Below, piece after piece: positions 1 to 11,615 of a DNA stretch of 64,000 bases. The first letter of the stretch is position 1. Each line of letters begins with the position of its first letter. The DNA lies in the NCBI GenBank assembly GCA_973895155.1, contig OZ316892.1:9900283-9964282 (forward strand), in the 5' to 3' direction. The translations under genes were made by a program, and so were the position numbers. Under the pieces are notes generated by a model. The model saw only the letters and a list, made by a program, of their open reading frames with translations. It ran no database searches and was not told the DNA's origin. This DNA comes from Marsupella aquatica (taxonomy: Eukaryota; Plantae; Marchantiophyta).

Positions 1-300
1 GTACCCTCTCTCTTAAAGTTCCTCTCCCTACTCCTTGCTATTGGGGCCCCCGGAAATGGCCATAAAATAATGGAGAATCCCCCAAAGCAGGGCCTTCCAT
101 CAAGTTCTATTTCTAAGGGCCCAACGTATAAAATACTCCGGTCCAACATAAGTGACCGAATTAACTTTAAAAATTAAAAAAAAGGCGTATTTACAATGGT
201 TATTTTCATGGCACAACCTCAGTAAACAATTATGGAGGGTTTTCAGTGACGGGAACCCCGTCACAGCTAGTAAGAGATTTTTCTTGCTATGGGCAACCAC
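1..300 (-). pseudogene. Possible degraded PIF1-like helicase fragment (transposon-derived)
   Basis: Minus-strand pieces KNLLLAVTGFPSLKTLHNCLLRL (like motif Ia/Ib LAPTG..A....TLHS) and, across frameshifts, DGRPCFGGFSIIL/YGHFR (like PFGG.SIIL.GDFRQ). Heavily decayed. Confidence 0.3.
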
Positions 301-1108
301 AAAAACCGTTCTTACTCAAAACCAAATCACTCCTTATGTCTTTGTGTAGTAGATAATTGATTATGAAACTGTTGTTAAGTTTCCAATGGTGAACAAGAGG
401 GGAATTGAGGCACATAGTTAGGAATATCAGGCATATTTATAATGCAGTGTCATTATATATGTAGCACATTGGTGGTGACCTTTGTTTTGGACTGACAGGT
501 GGAGGGCTGAAAGCAAGCCCTGCTTTAATCTCTGACTAAGAATTCATGGCCGTGAATAGGGGCAAAATTGCAAAACTAAATATTTAAGTTGAAACAGGGC
601 TGTAGAAGGTTCAACATTATTTGGCAGAAAAATAAATTAAAAAACATATATAGGGGGGTCAATTAACTTCAGATGGCAAGAATAATAAAGAGGACAACCC
701 TCAGACATAGGCCAAAATTAAAATAATAACCAGAAGAATTGAGTTTTGGGAGACTGAAATAGATATGCCCCATATATAGCAGTGTCAAATTTTATTGCTT
801 ACACACTTTAGACTATAGAAAAGCACCAAATGGCCACGTGAACTTTAGGAGAGGAAAGTAGCTCAACTTAGGTGTTACTTAATCTACTCCACTCCACTCA
901 ACATTCACTCTAACAACAAATTGAAGTAGATTTATTCCACATGAACTCCATAGATGGGGGAACCGACAGGCCCCAGAAGAAGTACCAGTCTTTTTTCTTT
1001 CTTCCCCTCTCTACATCATTCTTTCTTCCCCTCTCTACATCACACAGCCAAAATTCTTCAAGGATACAAGTAGCCTCGCTGCTTCACAGAAAAAACTGGA
1101 TCATCCTA

Positions 1109-1323
1109 TCTACAACTATAATAAGGGATCTCGCATTTTTCATCCTTTGTCCCAATTTTAAAAAGCTCCAGGGCTGGAAAGATCCATAGCCGTTGGATTT
1201 AATTAGCTGTTTTCCATAAGCCTTGATAAAAAAAATGTGCACCCCTAGCACATATGTGCTTCCCACTGCCCCACAAATGCCCTGGCCCTCCTTGCACATT
1301 GCAACGCACTGGCATAGGGCTCG
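1109..1323 (+). mobile_element. 215-bp non-autonomous Helitron
   Basis: A|TCTACAACTATAATAAGGGA 5' end, subterminal hairpin CATTGCAACGCACTG, 3' end GGCATAGGGCTCG|T. Sits between A and T with no TSD. Homologous to 5761-5970 and 15216-15240. Confidence 0.8.
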
Positions 1324-2399
1324 TGGTAACATATAGCATTAAGAATTCAGTCCAAAGTACCAGCTAACTATGCAAGGTCACTCTAACAAAAACCATATTT
1401 GTCAAAACCATCTATCCCTCCATTCATAGAACTAAAGCATTGCAGTCAACACTGCTCAGACACCTGAACCACAAAGAACCAAGCCCAATCAGGCTAGAGC
1501 ATCCTGATTGAAGCAAAGTTTTTGGATTTACATGTATCAGTTCCAAATATGGAGGTTGCATTCCTTCAGGACCATGTTTGGCTAGTGTGTTTTTGCCAAA
1601 ATCTTACCTCCTCCTTGACCTCCACCAACTCTTGGCCAACAATATAACCCAAAATCAACGTCATTACTAACAAAACTTATTCACTCGGAATCAAACCAGA
1701 ATTTTAAAAAATAAATACTAACAAATTTTGCCTTTAGCGGGAGGGTTAGCCATTTCGTCCCGGCATTTCATTGAAGATCTGACAGCTCTCCTCAAGATCT
1801 GGAAAACTGACTGCCTTCCTTAACTTTATTCACAAGCATTTTAAGTGGGTCCCATCTATTTTCTCTCCTACTGTGGAACCTTGAGAAATTCGCCAGTCAA
1901 CCTCTCGCACAAAATCCAGAAAACAATCACTGCAGTACCGGTACAGTCCCACAGTAGCACGGCTACTTTTCCACTTTTCCTCCCCTTTCCTTGCCAAACC
2001 TTGTCAACGAGTATTATTGCTGCTGTCGAGAGCCCCCCCAAAACCTTGTCAACGACTCCAAGCTCAGCTTAGCTCAGCTTTAGCTGACTCAGAGATCGAT
2101 CCGCTTTACCATTCCACTACTGCTGATCAATCCGGCCCAACGTGCAAACGAGCCGTTCTAGTAACGTCACTGCCTCCATCATTTATTATAGGCAGGGATG
2201 GATCCATTCGTTCATTCATGGCAGGCAAAAGTAGGCAAAAGTAGACTCATCAAGCGAGCGGACAGGAATGTCAAGGGGTCTCGATACACTGCACATCAAA
2301 ATATGACATATTCTATGTAGGACACCTCTGCATATAGTGATAATACTAGTTTTTCAATCAATGAATGCAGCCACATTTTGATATGTGATTACCAGGGAA

Positions 2400-2862
2400 T
2401 GTCAAGGTGGGGTCAAGCATAGCAAAACCAATTCAGGTTTTCTTTTTTCCTACAGTCAGCACACTCACCTTGTGTAATTGTTAAGGGATGTTATTTATGT
2501 AAATTTCTGGTTTCTATTGCTTGACCGTTAGAGCTCCCTAGATTGATTACTCTCAGATTCTGATTAACGTGGTCTAATGAAATACAGAAGGCCTGGGTAA
2601 TTTTGGCCAAAAGTGGCCAAGACGGGAGCAAGTCACCAAGACGACAGAATTGACAAGGTGGGGTTAAAGCAAAGTAAATTGAGGTATTTCACGAATGTCA
2701 CCTTGTGCCAACAAGACAATGTTAAGGATATCATTTATTTAGTTTCTCTCATATTTGACGGTTAGATCTCTCTAGATTTAAGGATAACTATCAAATTCTG
2801 GCTAGATGTAAAATTGGCTATGAAATACAAAAGGCCAGGTAATTTTTGCCAAAAGTGGCCAA
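2400..2862. repeat. Degenerate tandem duplication, ~240-250 bp units
   Basis: CAAGGTGGGGT..., TCACCTTGTG..., TTGAC(C/G)GTTAGA and ATGAAATACA.AAGGCC..GTAATTTT.GCCAAAAGTGGCCAA each occur twice in the same order. Confidence 0.65.
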
Positions 2863-3129
2863 TACTTTTCTCTGACAATTTTTTGTCCACAAAAATACCG
2901 TTGGCTATCTGTCCAATGTGAGCAAACAGTCAGAAATATTTTTCTCCTTAGTTGCCAGGAAATGTTTCCTTGCATACTACATACATGTTCTCCTAGCATC
3001 CACCACTTCGCTATCAAAACGAGTCTCTCTAGCCAAAACTTTATTTCAAGTACTTAAAATCTTGTGTAATGCTCTTCAATAACCTAACTTTTGGACTCTT
3101 TTCTGGCTACTGTAGCCTACCTGTTGGCC

Positions 3130-4670
3130 ACCAGAAGTCCTACAAAATAGAAATCCAGATTCAGCCAAATCAAAGGGCATAAAGAACCAGGGCTCTAACT
3201 CATCAGATACTATCAATATCTCCTCACTCACAAAGATTCCCTTTTACTCACATCTTAGAAACTCTGTTGTGTGTGAATAATAATTGGATTATTGTCGTGC
3301 TAATCCAATTATAGTGATCCAACCAGTAATGGTTATCCGATATAAGCCAGTGGATCCATCTTACAAACCCCTTGTAGTTACAGGATTACTGGTTATATGT
3401 GATAACCAGCACGAGTCCTACAAAATAAAAATCCAGATTCAGCCAAATCAAAAGGCATAAAGAACTAGGGCTCTAACTCATCAGATACTATCAATATCTC
3501 CTCACTGGCAAAGATTCTCTTTTACTCACATCTTAGAAACTCTGTTGTGTGCGGATAATAATTGGATTACTCTCATGCCAATCCAATTATAGTGGTCCAA
3601 CCAGCAATGGTTATCCCATATAAGCCAGTGGATCCAACTTACAAAACCCTTGTAGTTACTCGGGGGTTTCACTTCCACAAATATGCCACATCACGTGTGA
3701 TGAAGTATAGGGTCTTTTATTGGTTCCAAGGGAAGACTTTAAAAAAAATTTGCGAAAAACAATAAGGTCTTTTAAATCAAATTTTGAGACTTCTAAGAAC
3801 ATTAGGGTCCTTATAACCAAATTTTTGGAATATTTCAATAATATTCCAACTTGATAGGGGTTGAAAATTAATTATTTTTTCCTTACATTTTAGGAGGTCC
3901 AAGGCCTAAAAACGTTAGAGATGATTGGGAGACATCCATAGAGTGAGACCCCCGAGTGTAGTTAGAGGATTACTGGTTATATGTGATAACCAGCACGAGT
4001 CCTACAAAATAAAAATCCAGATTCAGCCAAATCAAAAGGCATAAAGAACCAGGGCTCTAAGTCATCAGACACTATCAATATCTCTTCACTCGCAAAGATT
4101 CTCTTTTACTCACATCTTAGAAACTCTGTTGTGTGTGGATAATAATCTGATTATTCTTGTGCCTATTCAATTATAGTGGTCCAACCAGTAATGGTTATCC
4201 TATATAAGCCAGTGGATCCATCTTACAAACCCCTTGTAGTTACAAGATTACTTGTTATATGTGATAACCAGCAGGAGTCCTACAAAATAAAAATCCAGAT
4301 TCAGCCAAATCAAAAGACATAAAGAACCAGCACTATAACTCATCAGATACTATCAATATCTCCTCACTGACAAAGATTTCCTTTTACTCACATCTTAGAA
4401 ACTCTGTTGTGTGTGGATAATAATTGGATTATTCTCGTGCCAATCCAATTATAGTGGTCCAACCAGTAATGGTTATCCTATATAAGCCAGTGGATCCATC
4501 TTACAAACCCCTTGTATTTACCGGATTACTGGTTATATATGATAACCAACAAGAGTCCTACAAAATAGAAATCCAGATTTAGCCAAATCAAAAGGCATAA
4601 AAAACCAGGACTCTAACTCATCAGATTTGCCTTACTAACAATACCTCCTCATTGGCAAGGATTCCGCTTT
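3130..4670. repeat. 278-bp tandem satellite, about 4.5 units here plus a further split unit at ~5603-5760 / 15241-15280
   Basis: GTCCTACAAAAT anchors at 3137, 3415, 3999, 4277 and 4555. Spacing is 278, 584 (=278+298 MITE+8 TSD), 278, 278. Confidence 0.95.
3659..3956. mobile_element. 298-bp MITE, CTCGGGG family, 8-bp TSD TGTAGTTA
   Basis: Ends CTCGGGGGTTTCACT / AGTGAGACCCCCGAG. TGTAGTTA at 3651-3658 and 3957-3964. Neighbouring satellite units show the empty site. Confidence 0.95.
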
Positions 4671-4672
4671 GT

Positions 4673-5602
4673 GTAAAGACTTTCTTGACTTTTCTCTTTG
4701 TATATGTGAGTGCATTAATTCTCCATAATGCACCCCTTTTTTTGAGGAGTGGATTATACAGAATACCATAAATATAGTAGGATAAATACAACCATACACC
4801 AAAAACATTTAAATTTAGTCAAGATGGTAACCAAATCTTATATGCAGATACTAATAGAATATCTATGAATAGAATCTAATATAACTAAAGAATGTATATT
4901 TTTGGTCAATTTCATAGTAAACGCTTTTTGGATGACTTTTTAATTTGAATTTTTTATTTCAGGGATTCACTTTTTCTTGTTTGTTACCTACAGGTCACTT
5001 AAGTTTTTATGTACATTAATAATCTAGTTACAGACATCATGAAAATAATGCCATCAAAACTCGGGCTACTGCCCTCGGTTTTTAGGGCATTATATCTCAC
5101 AATGCCCTCTAACCAGAACATTATTTTATTCGTAAAGCCTTTCGTGACTTTTCTCTTTGTATATTTGAGGGCATTGATTCTCCATAATGCACCCCTTTTT
5201 TTGAGGAGAGGATATTTTTAAATATAGTAAAAGTAAAAATTAAATATAGTTTTACCATACAATTTTTTTTAATAAATTTAGTCAAGATCTCAAGATGATA
5301 ACCAAATCAAGATTCTATTCATAGATATTAGTAACAAAATATCTATGAATAGAATCTAATATAACTAAAGAAGGTATAATTTTGGCTAATTTCATAGCAA
5401 CCATTTCTTGGATGACCTTTTAATTTGAATTTTTCATTTCAGGGATTCATTTTTTCTTGTTTGTTACCAAAAAGTCATTCAAGTTTTCAGGTACATTAAT
5501 GTCCTAATTACGGGCATTGTGAAAATAATACCCTCAAAACTCAGGCTAGTGCCCTCGTTGCATTATATCCCACAATGTCCTCTAACCAGGACATTATCCT
5601 AT
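4673..5602. repeat. Two ~460-bp AT-rich tandem copies inserted in a satellite unit
   Basis: GTAAAG.CTTTC.TGACTTTTCTCTTTGTATAT at 4673 and 5132, with colinear similarity throughout. Satellite sequence resumes at ~5603 (TCTTAGAAACTCTG). Confidence 0.85.
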
Positions 5603-6336
5603 TCTTAGAAACTCTGTTGTGTGTGGATAATAATTGGATTACTATCGTGCTAATCCAATGACAGTAATCCAATTATAGTGGTCCAACGTTATCCCATATA
5701 AGTCAGTGAATCCATCTTACAAACTCCTTGTAGTTAGACGATTACCGGTTATACTGGTTATCTACAACTATAATAAGGGATAAACTTTTTTCGTCATTCG
5801 TCACCATACAAAAAAGCTTCTGGACGGAAAGATCCACATCCGTTGGATTTGATTAGCTATTTTTGCTCACCATTGATGAGGAAAATGTACACCCCTATCA
5901 CGTATTTGCTTCCTGCTGCCCCTAATGCCCCCAACCAATCCCTATAGGCGTGCCCTCCTTGCAAAGTGCACCTATATTTGAAGATGCTATAATGGTGATC
6001 TACTTTTCATATTTTGTCTTATTCAAATTTTGTGTCATGTTTTATTTCAATGTGCCTTAACAAGCGGAAGCCTTTGTATCATAGACATTTTACATTAATT
6101 TTTAGATCCCTTTAATTTTAGGTATTCTAAAGTATTTAAACTTCTTTTGGCTACCCCCTTATAACTTTTAAAGTTCGTGATCTATTAGAGATATGACACC
6201 ACCACTTGAACAAAGTATTCTTGTGAGTGAGAGAAATGATTCTTGAATAACATGAACACATAGTGTCTTAAGTTCCACTCATGTCTTTCTTTCCTAGTTT
6301 ATGGTTTTTATTGAAAGGAGTGTCATTCATATTCAA

Positions 6337-6412
6337 CAGGCACATTGAATTAAGTGCACATCAGGCACATTGAATTAAGTGCACATCAGGCACATTGAAT
6401 TAAGTGCACATC
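6337..6412. repeat. 25-bp tandem repeat x3
   Basis: CAGGCACATTGAATTAAGTGCACAT three times in tandem. Confidence 0.95.
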
Positions 6413-6544
6413 GTAGCATACTTGTGTCATAAAACTCTACTGTACTTTTCATTGGTTAGTGTGTTTTTCTTGGCAAGTACTTTAGTGGCATTATTTTATC
6501 CTTCTTATTATGCTCTCACTAGCCCCATGCCCGTTCGTTGCACG

Positions 6545-6905
6545 AAAGATGTCAAGTGATAAAAAGATGTCGAGTGATATTAATATGTTGAGGTGATAAA
6601 AGGATTTCCAGTGATAAACAGATGTCGAGTGATATAAATATGTTGAGGTGATAAAAGGATGTCCAGTGATATAAATATGTCGAGGTGATAAAAGGATGTC
6701 CAATGATAAACAGATGTTGAGTGATATATATATGTCGAGATGATAAAAGGATCTCGAGGTGATAAAAGCATGTCCAGTGATAAACAGATGTCGAGTGATA
6801 TAAATATGTCGAGGTGATAAAAGGATGTTGAGTGATACAAAGAAGTCTAGTGATAAAACATGTTGAGATGAGCAAAAGATATTGAGATGAGACAAACATG
6901 TCCAT
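6545..6905. repeat. Helitron 3' subterminal minisatellite, 18-19-bp units with ~55-bp higher-order period
   Basis: Variants AAACAGATGTCGAGTGAT, ATAAATATGTCGAGGTGAT and AAAAGGATGTCCAGTGAT alternate. Confidence 0.9.
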
Positions 6906-9181
6906 GAGAGAACAAATGTTTGAGCGAGGCACAAATGTCAAGGTCATAAAATATGTCATGGGATATGGGAAGCATGATGAAAATGAAATACATGCTTAAA
7001 TACAAATTATATGAAGACATTGATACCATACTCATGCCAACTTTATTCTGCGTTCAATAAAGAACTTCATCATATACAACATTTTTGGTCAACCCTACAT
7101 GACCCTCCTCGGAATCTAGAAGCAAAACCTTAATACTTCTAGGCGATGTTGCTCTTGAGAATGCTACGTACAACTGGCCGTGACTAAAAACAGGTTTTGA
7201 AAGCTGCAACCCTACATGTTCTAAAGTTTGACCTTGAGCCTTGTTGATGGTCATTGCATATGCCACTCGGATGGGAAACTGGACTAGAATATAAAAGGAA
7301 GTGATTCATCAGACGTCAATGGAATGCGTGGGATGAACGTAATAGTTCCAGCATATTTTCCTGCAAGGACTCGTGCCTCAATGACACGACGATTCATGGA
7401 TCTCACAATGAGCCTTGTGCCATTACATAATCCAAGTGAGTGATCTATATTCCTTAGCAAGATTATAGGGCATCCAACCTTCAGTACCAGCTTGTGAGGT
7501 GGTAAACCACTCGGTGTTAGCGTATTCAAGAACTCCGTAGGATAAAAATTCTCCTCTTCCAGTTGATCGGGACGATCGACGCTTAAAAACTCCTTTGACT
7601 CCCCAGGAAGTCCTTCTAGAATGCAATTGTTGATTTTGAGCGCCTCATCGTTGGTTGGCGCCCAGATAGTTCTCTCGCTTAAGAACTTATCATCCATGTT
7701 CAAAAGAGATGGGTAGATTGCACTAATCAAAGATTCCACACGTCCTCCCTCCACCACCATAGACTCTGCACATGTAATAAGGTTATTTGAAGGTCCTTGC
7801 TTTGGGAGTTTGTCATCGCCCAATGCAAGAAGCCACTCTGCAAATGTCAGATTGCCAAACTCAGGAGATGCCAAAGTTCCTCTTGCCCGCATATTTTCTG
7901 TTAGTTTATACATTTCTATACTACTCCAGATGTAAAATTTCTTCAAACATGACCCCACAATCTCCGGACGACTGGCCCTTGCCTAGCTTCACAGGAAGTA
8001 CTTGTCGAAAATCTCCTGCAAACACAACCACAACTCCTCCAAAAATTTGGTCACAATCTCGTATGTCACGTAGCGTTCTATCCAACGCCTCAACTCCATG
8101 CCGATGGATCATGGGTGCTTCATCCCATAAGATAAAAGTTGCCCTCCGTAACAGTCCACCAAGGTCAGATTGTTTTTGAACAGCACACGTTGATGTTGAG
8201 ATTGGTTTCAACGGAAGCTTGAATCGTGAGTGGGCAGTGCGCCTCCATCTAACAAAAGACCTGCAATCCCCGAGGAAGCCACAGCCAATGCCACATCCCC
8301 ATCAGCACACACTCTCCTCAATAGAATATTCTCCACAAATGTTTTGCCTGCCCCCTAGCCCATCAACAAAAAATGTTCCTCCATCTTGAGCCCTCATTGC
8401 TGCAAGTATTGCAGTGTAGGCTGCCCTTTGGCCATCGTTTAACAACGGCTCTTGTTCTGCAAGTTGTTGAAGAAGTACATCAATCGGGTAGCATGTCTCC
8501 TCCCGTATCAAGCGATTCCTATTTTCCGGTTCTTCAAAAAATTGCATACTTGGAACCGGAAGACCAAACCCCAACAATGTTTTACCAATACTTTTCAAAG
8601 CCTCATCGATCAAATATGGGGCAAAGCTTTGTTGTTGCTCCTTAGTGGGATCCAAAAAACCCATTGAGCACAGACGATAACAACAATCATCGCTCAAATT
8701 CGATGCATGTTGGGTCCATAGGTCACACGGTCTAGCAACACCTCCAAATAACATGATTGTGATGAATAGTTGTCAAAGTTGTGCCCCGTCTGCATACCGG
8801 CCACTTCTTGAAGACATCTATTCCATTCTTCATTGTTCTCGTACAAACCCTGAGCAAGAGCCGTTGCCTAAAAAGTTGGATATACAATGCCCTCAAAAGT
8901 CCTAAGGTCAACGAATGATGTTGCACCTTTGACATGAAGTAGAAGTGCTCGCAAGTAGTATCGTTCCCCCGCAGCAGGTGGCACAAAATACATCCTTCGG
9001 ACAATGCTAAACCCCCTTCTTCGAGGTGTCCATGCACATATTGTCGGATTCCATACAAAGTCATGAGGGAAGTTTGTATACACAATCTGCCTCGCGTGTT
9101 CGTGCAAAGCATTTGCTTTGAACCACCCAGTTAGAGTTGTATCCCTATGAGATTCTTGTTGGACCACATCAATGATCTCAG

Positions 9182-9509
9182 CTCGGGGGGGTCACTATAT
9201 GGAGGGTCATACATCGCGTGCGACGTTTTAGGGTTTGACCCCCCTAACTTTAAAGTGAAAAATATTTTTTTGCAAAGCCCTTTCTTTCTTAAAATTTTGT
9301 CATTTTTTATTAAAAAACCCCTAAAAACTTTATAGAAAGTATTTTTTGCAATTAAATAGGCCTATGTGTTCTTTAAAGTCGACCAATCAATAAAACATGC
9401 CCTATGTGTTCTTCCACCAAACTTTGGAAGTCTTCCGCCACACCCATTTAAATGGGCCTATACTTCGTCGCACGTGATGTGTCACTTCCGTGGAAGTGAC
9501 CCCCCCGAG
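9182..9509 (+). mobile_element. 328-bp MITE, CTCGGGG family, 8-bp TSD GATCTCAG
   Basis: TIR CTCGGGGGGGTCACT / AGTGACCCCCCCGAG. TSD at 9174-9181 and 9510-9517. Removal restores the RepHel frame (FHEDSEI-IDVVQQESHRD). Confidence 0.97.
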
Positions 9510-11286
9510 GATCTCAGAATCTTCATGAAACATAATTGATTGTTCCCCCTCGCAATGCACCTACAGCCGTTGCACCGAAGTACTACTCTCCGACATTTCA
9601 AACTGATTAATCCGCCATACTCCTTCTGCGACAAACACATACCTAGCATCTAAAATGCTCTTTTATTTCATCACGCTGCTCTACCTCCACTATTGCTTTA
9701 TCATGCCCTTTGTAGCAGTACTTATATAAGTACTTAATGGCTTTGATAGAGCAACATATCTCCACGTTAATATGAGCGTTGTATTTCATGCTCAAATACG
9801 GACTATGAGGAACAACCCACCTATTATCAAACTTAAACCCGCTGTCCTTTGTGAAATTGCACCCATCATCTCGACGCCAATACATGGGATACCCATCATC
9901 CCCAAAAACTGTTTCAATTGAAAATGGTCGAGGGTAGCCCTTGCTACACTGTCCGTCGACCATGCAAGGCGAGTTGGGGTACCCCCGACCACACGGTCCA
10001 TGCATCATGCATTTTGTGATAGTCTGAAATAATTGTGGATACACCCTCATGTCTAGTATCTCTGCAGAAACTAATTGGTCCACCAACTCCGGCGTGCGTA
10101 GTTTATGCCGTTCAACCAATATGATCAAAATGTGGGCATGCGGCAAACCCCTCTTTTGAAACTCGATGACATACATAGAGGCAACAGGTCTACCTAAGAC
10201 CCCTGCACAAATGTCCGCCAAAAGTGCCTTCAACTTGAGTTTGAACACTCGAGCAACAATGTCATCCCGATCGGCCGGGGTTTGATAGGGATAGCACTCC
10301 GCTCTGAATTCTGGCCATTTGAGATTGCATGTAAATGTGGTAAAAAGGTCAGGGGGACCATATGTGCGTACAACGGCCATGGCATCTTGGTATGCCTGCA
10401 TCATATTGCGGGCACTACCCCCATATGAGGACGGCAAAATGTAGGTCCTACCCACATCACCTGCACGTGCATCTCCATCTTGAACTGCATCTTGAAGCCC
10501 TTGATATAGTTCCATGCGCAACTTTTTTTGATTGTTGCAAATATAGGTCAGTCGCGTTTGATCTATGCATGCATATGCATCACAATGTATTGCTTTAGCA
10601 ATCGCCCTCCACGAAGCAACCAATCATCACCTCGCCTTGCATGTAGTAAGTATGCATAGTATTGTAGTTGTGTAACCTTTTTGGAGCCATTACTTCCACC
10701 CCTTGCTTGGGGTTCAACTGCCACAATGACCCAATCTTGAAATTCATGGCCCACCAATGGGATATCATAAGACCACCCGTCTTGGCCATGTGGAAAGAGT
10801 AAGACATAGTGGAGAGGAGCATAGGACCTATGCCACTCTGAAATCCTATGTAGGCCCCCATCCCTTGTCCTTAGGATAATATCTCGACCACATGTTTCAA
10901 TACCCTCATCCCCAACCATGATCACACCAATCTCATCCGCCGCGGGTTTATTGTAACGTCTTGGGTCAGTGTCACATTCAGCTACAATACGCAGCAAAAC
11001 CTCTGGCACCTCAGTGTCATCAATGCGGCTCCCGGCATTTTTGAACATATGCACATAAGGGTTGTGGATATGGAGCATTTCTTGCAAAGAAGCAAGCACC
11101 GCCTCATCCAACTGCGGCATGTGATTCATCCTGCAACTCAACATAAAATCCAATGAGACTCAACTTATTGCAAACAAAAATGTGTCATAAGAGGAAGATG
11201 GTTCAAGTTGAATGTGCAAAATACCTGTTGCCCAACTCATTCCCCGTGTCATGAATATAGAGTTGAGCAAACTTGGGACCCTCTCC

Positions 11287-11615
11287 CTCGGGGGGGGTCA
11301 CTTCCACGGAAGTGACACATCACGTGCGACGAAGTATAGGCCCATTTAAATGGGTGTGGCGGAAGACTTCCAAAGTTTGGTGGAAGAACACATAGGGCAT
11401 GTTTTATTGATTGGTCGACTTTAAAGAACACATAGGCCTATTTAATTACAAAAAATACTTTCTATAAAGTTTTTAGGGGTTTTTTAATAAAAAATGACAA
11501 AATTTTAAGAAAGAAAGGGCTTTGCAAAAAAATATTTTTCACTTTAAAGTTAGGGGGGTCAAACCCTAAAACGTCGCACGCGATGTATGACCCTCCATAT
11601 AGTGACCCCCCCGAG
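11287..11615 (-). mobile_element. 329-bp MITE, inverted near-identical copy of 9182-9509, 8-bp TSD CCCTCTCC
   Basis: TSD at 11279-11286 and 11616-11623. Removal restores PDGEG-PKFAQLYIHD, a conserved Helitron motif. Confidence 0.97.

Noticed and set aside
3130-4670. CRISPR-like array (also considered for 18660-19700)
   Set aside because: Whole units repeat with no unique spacers, there are no cas genes, and the context is eukaryotic.
6491-6959. His/Cys-rich repetitive ORFs resembling zinc fingers
   Set aside because: They are translations of the 18-19-bp minisatellite, open in several frames.
9182-11615. MITEs as self-splicing-out introner elements (terminal AG, GT at position 10)
   Set aside because: Splicing would leave 9 nt plus an 8-nt TSD = 17 nt, which is out of frame. 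GTCACT is a weak donor and the host ORF is already broken.
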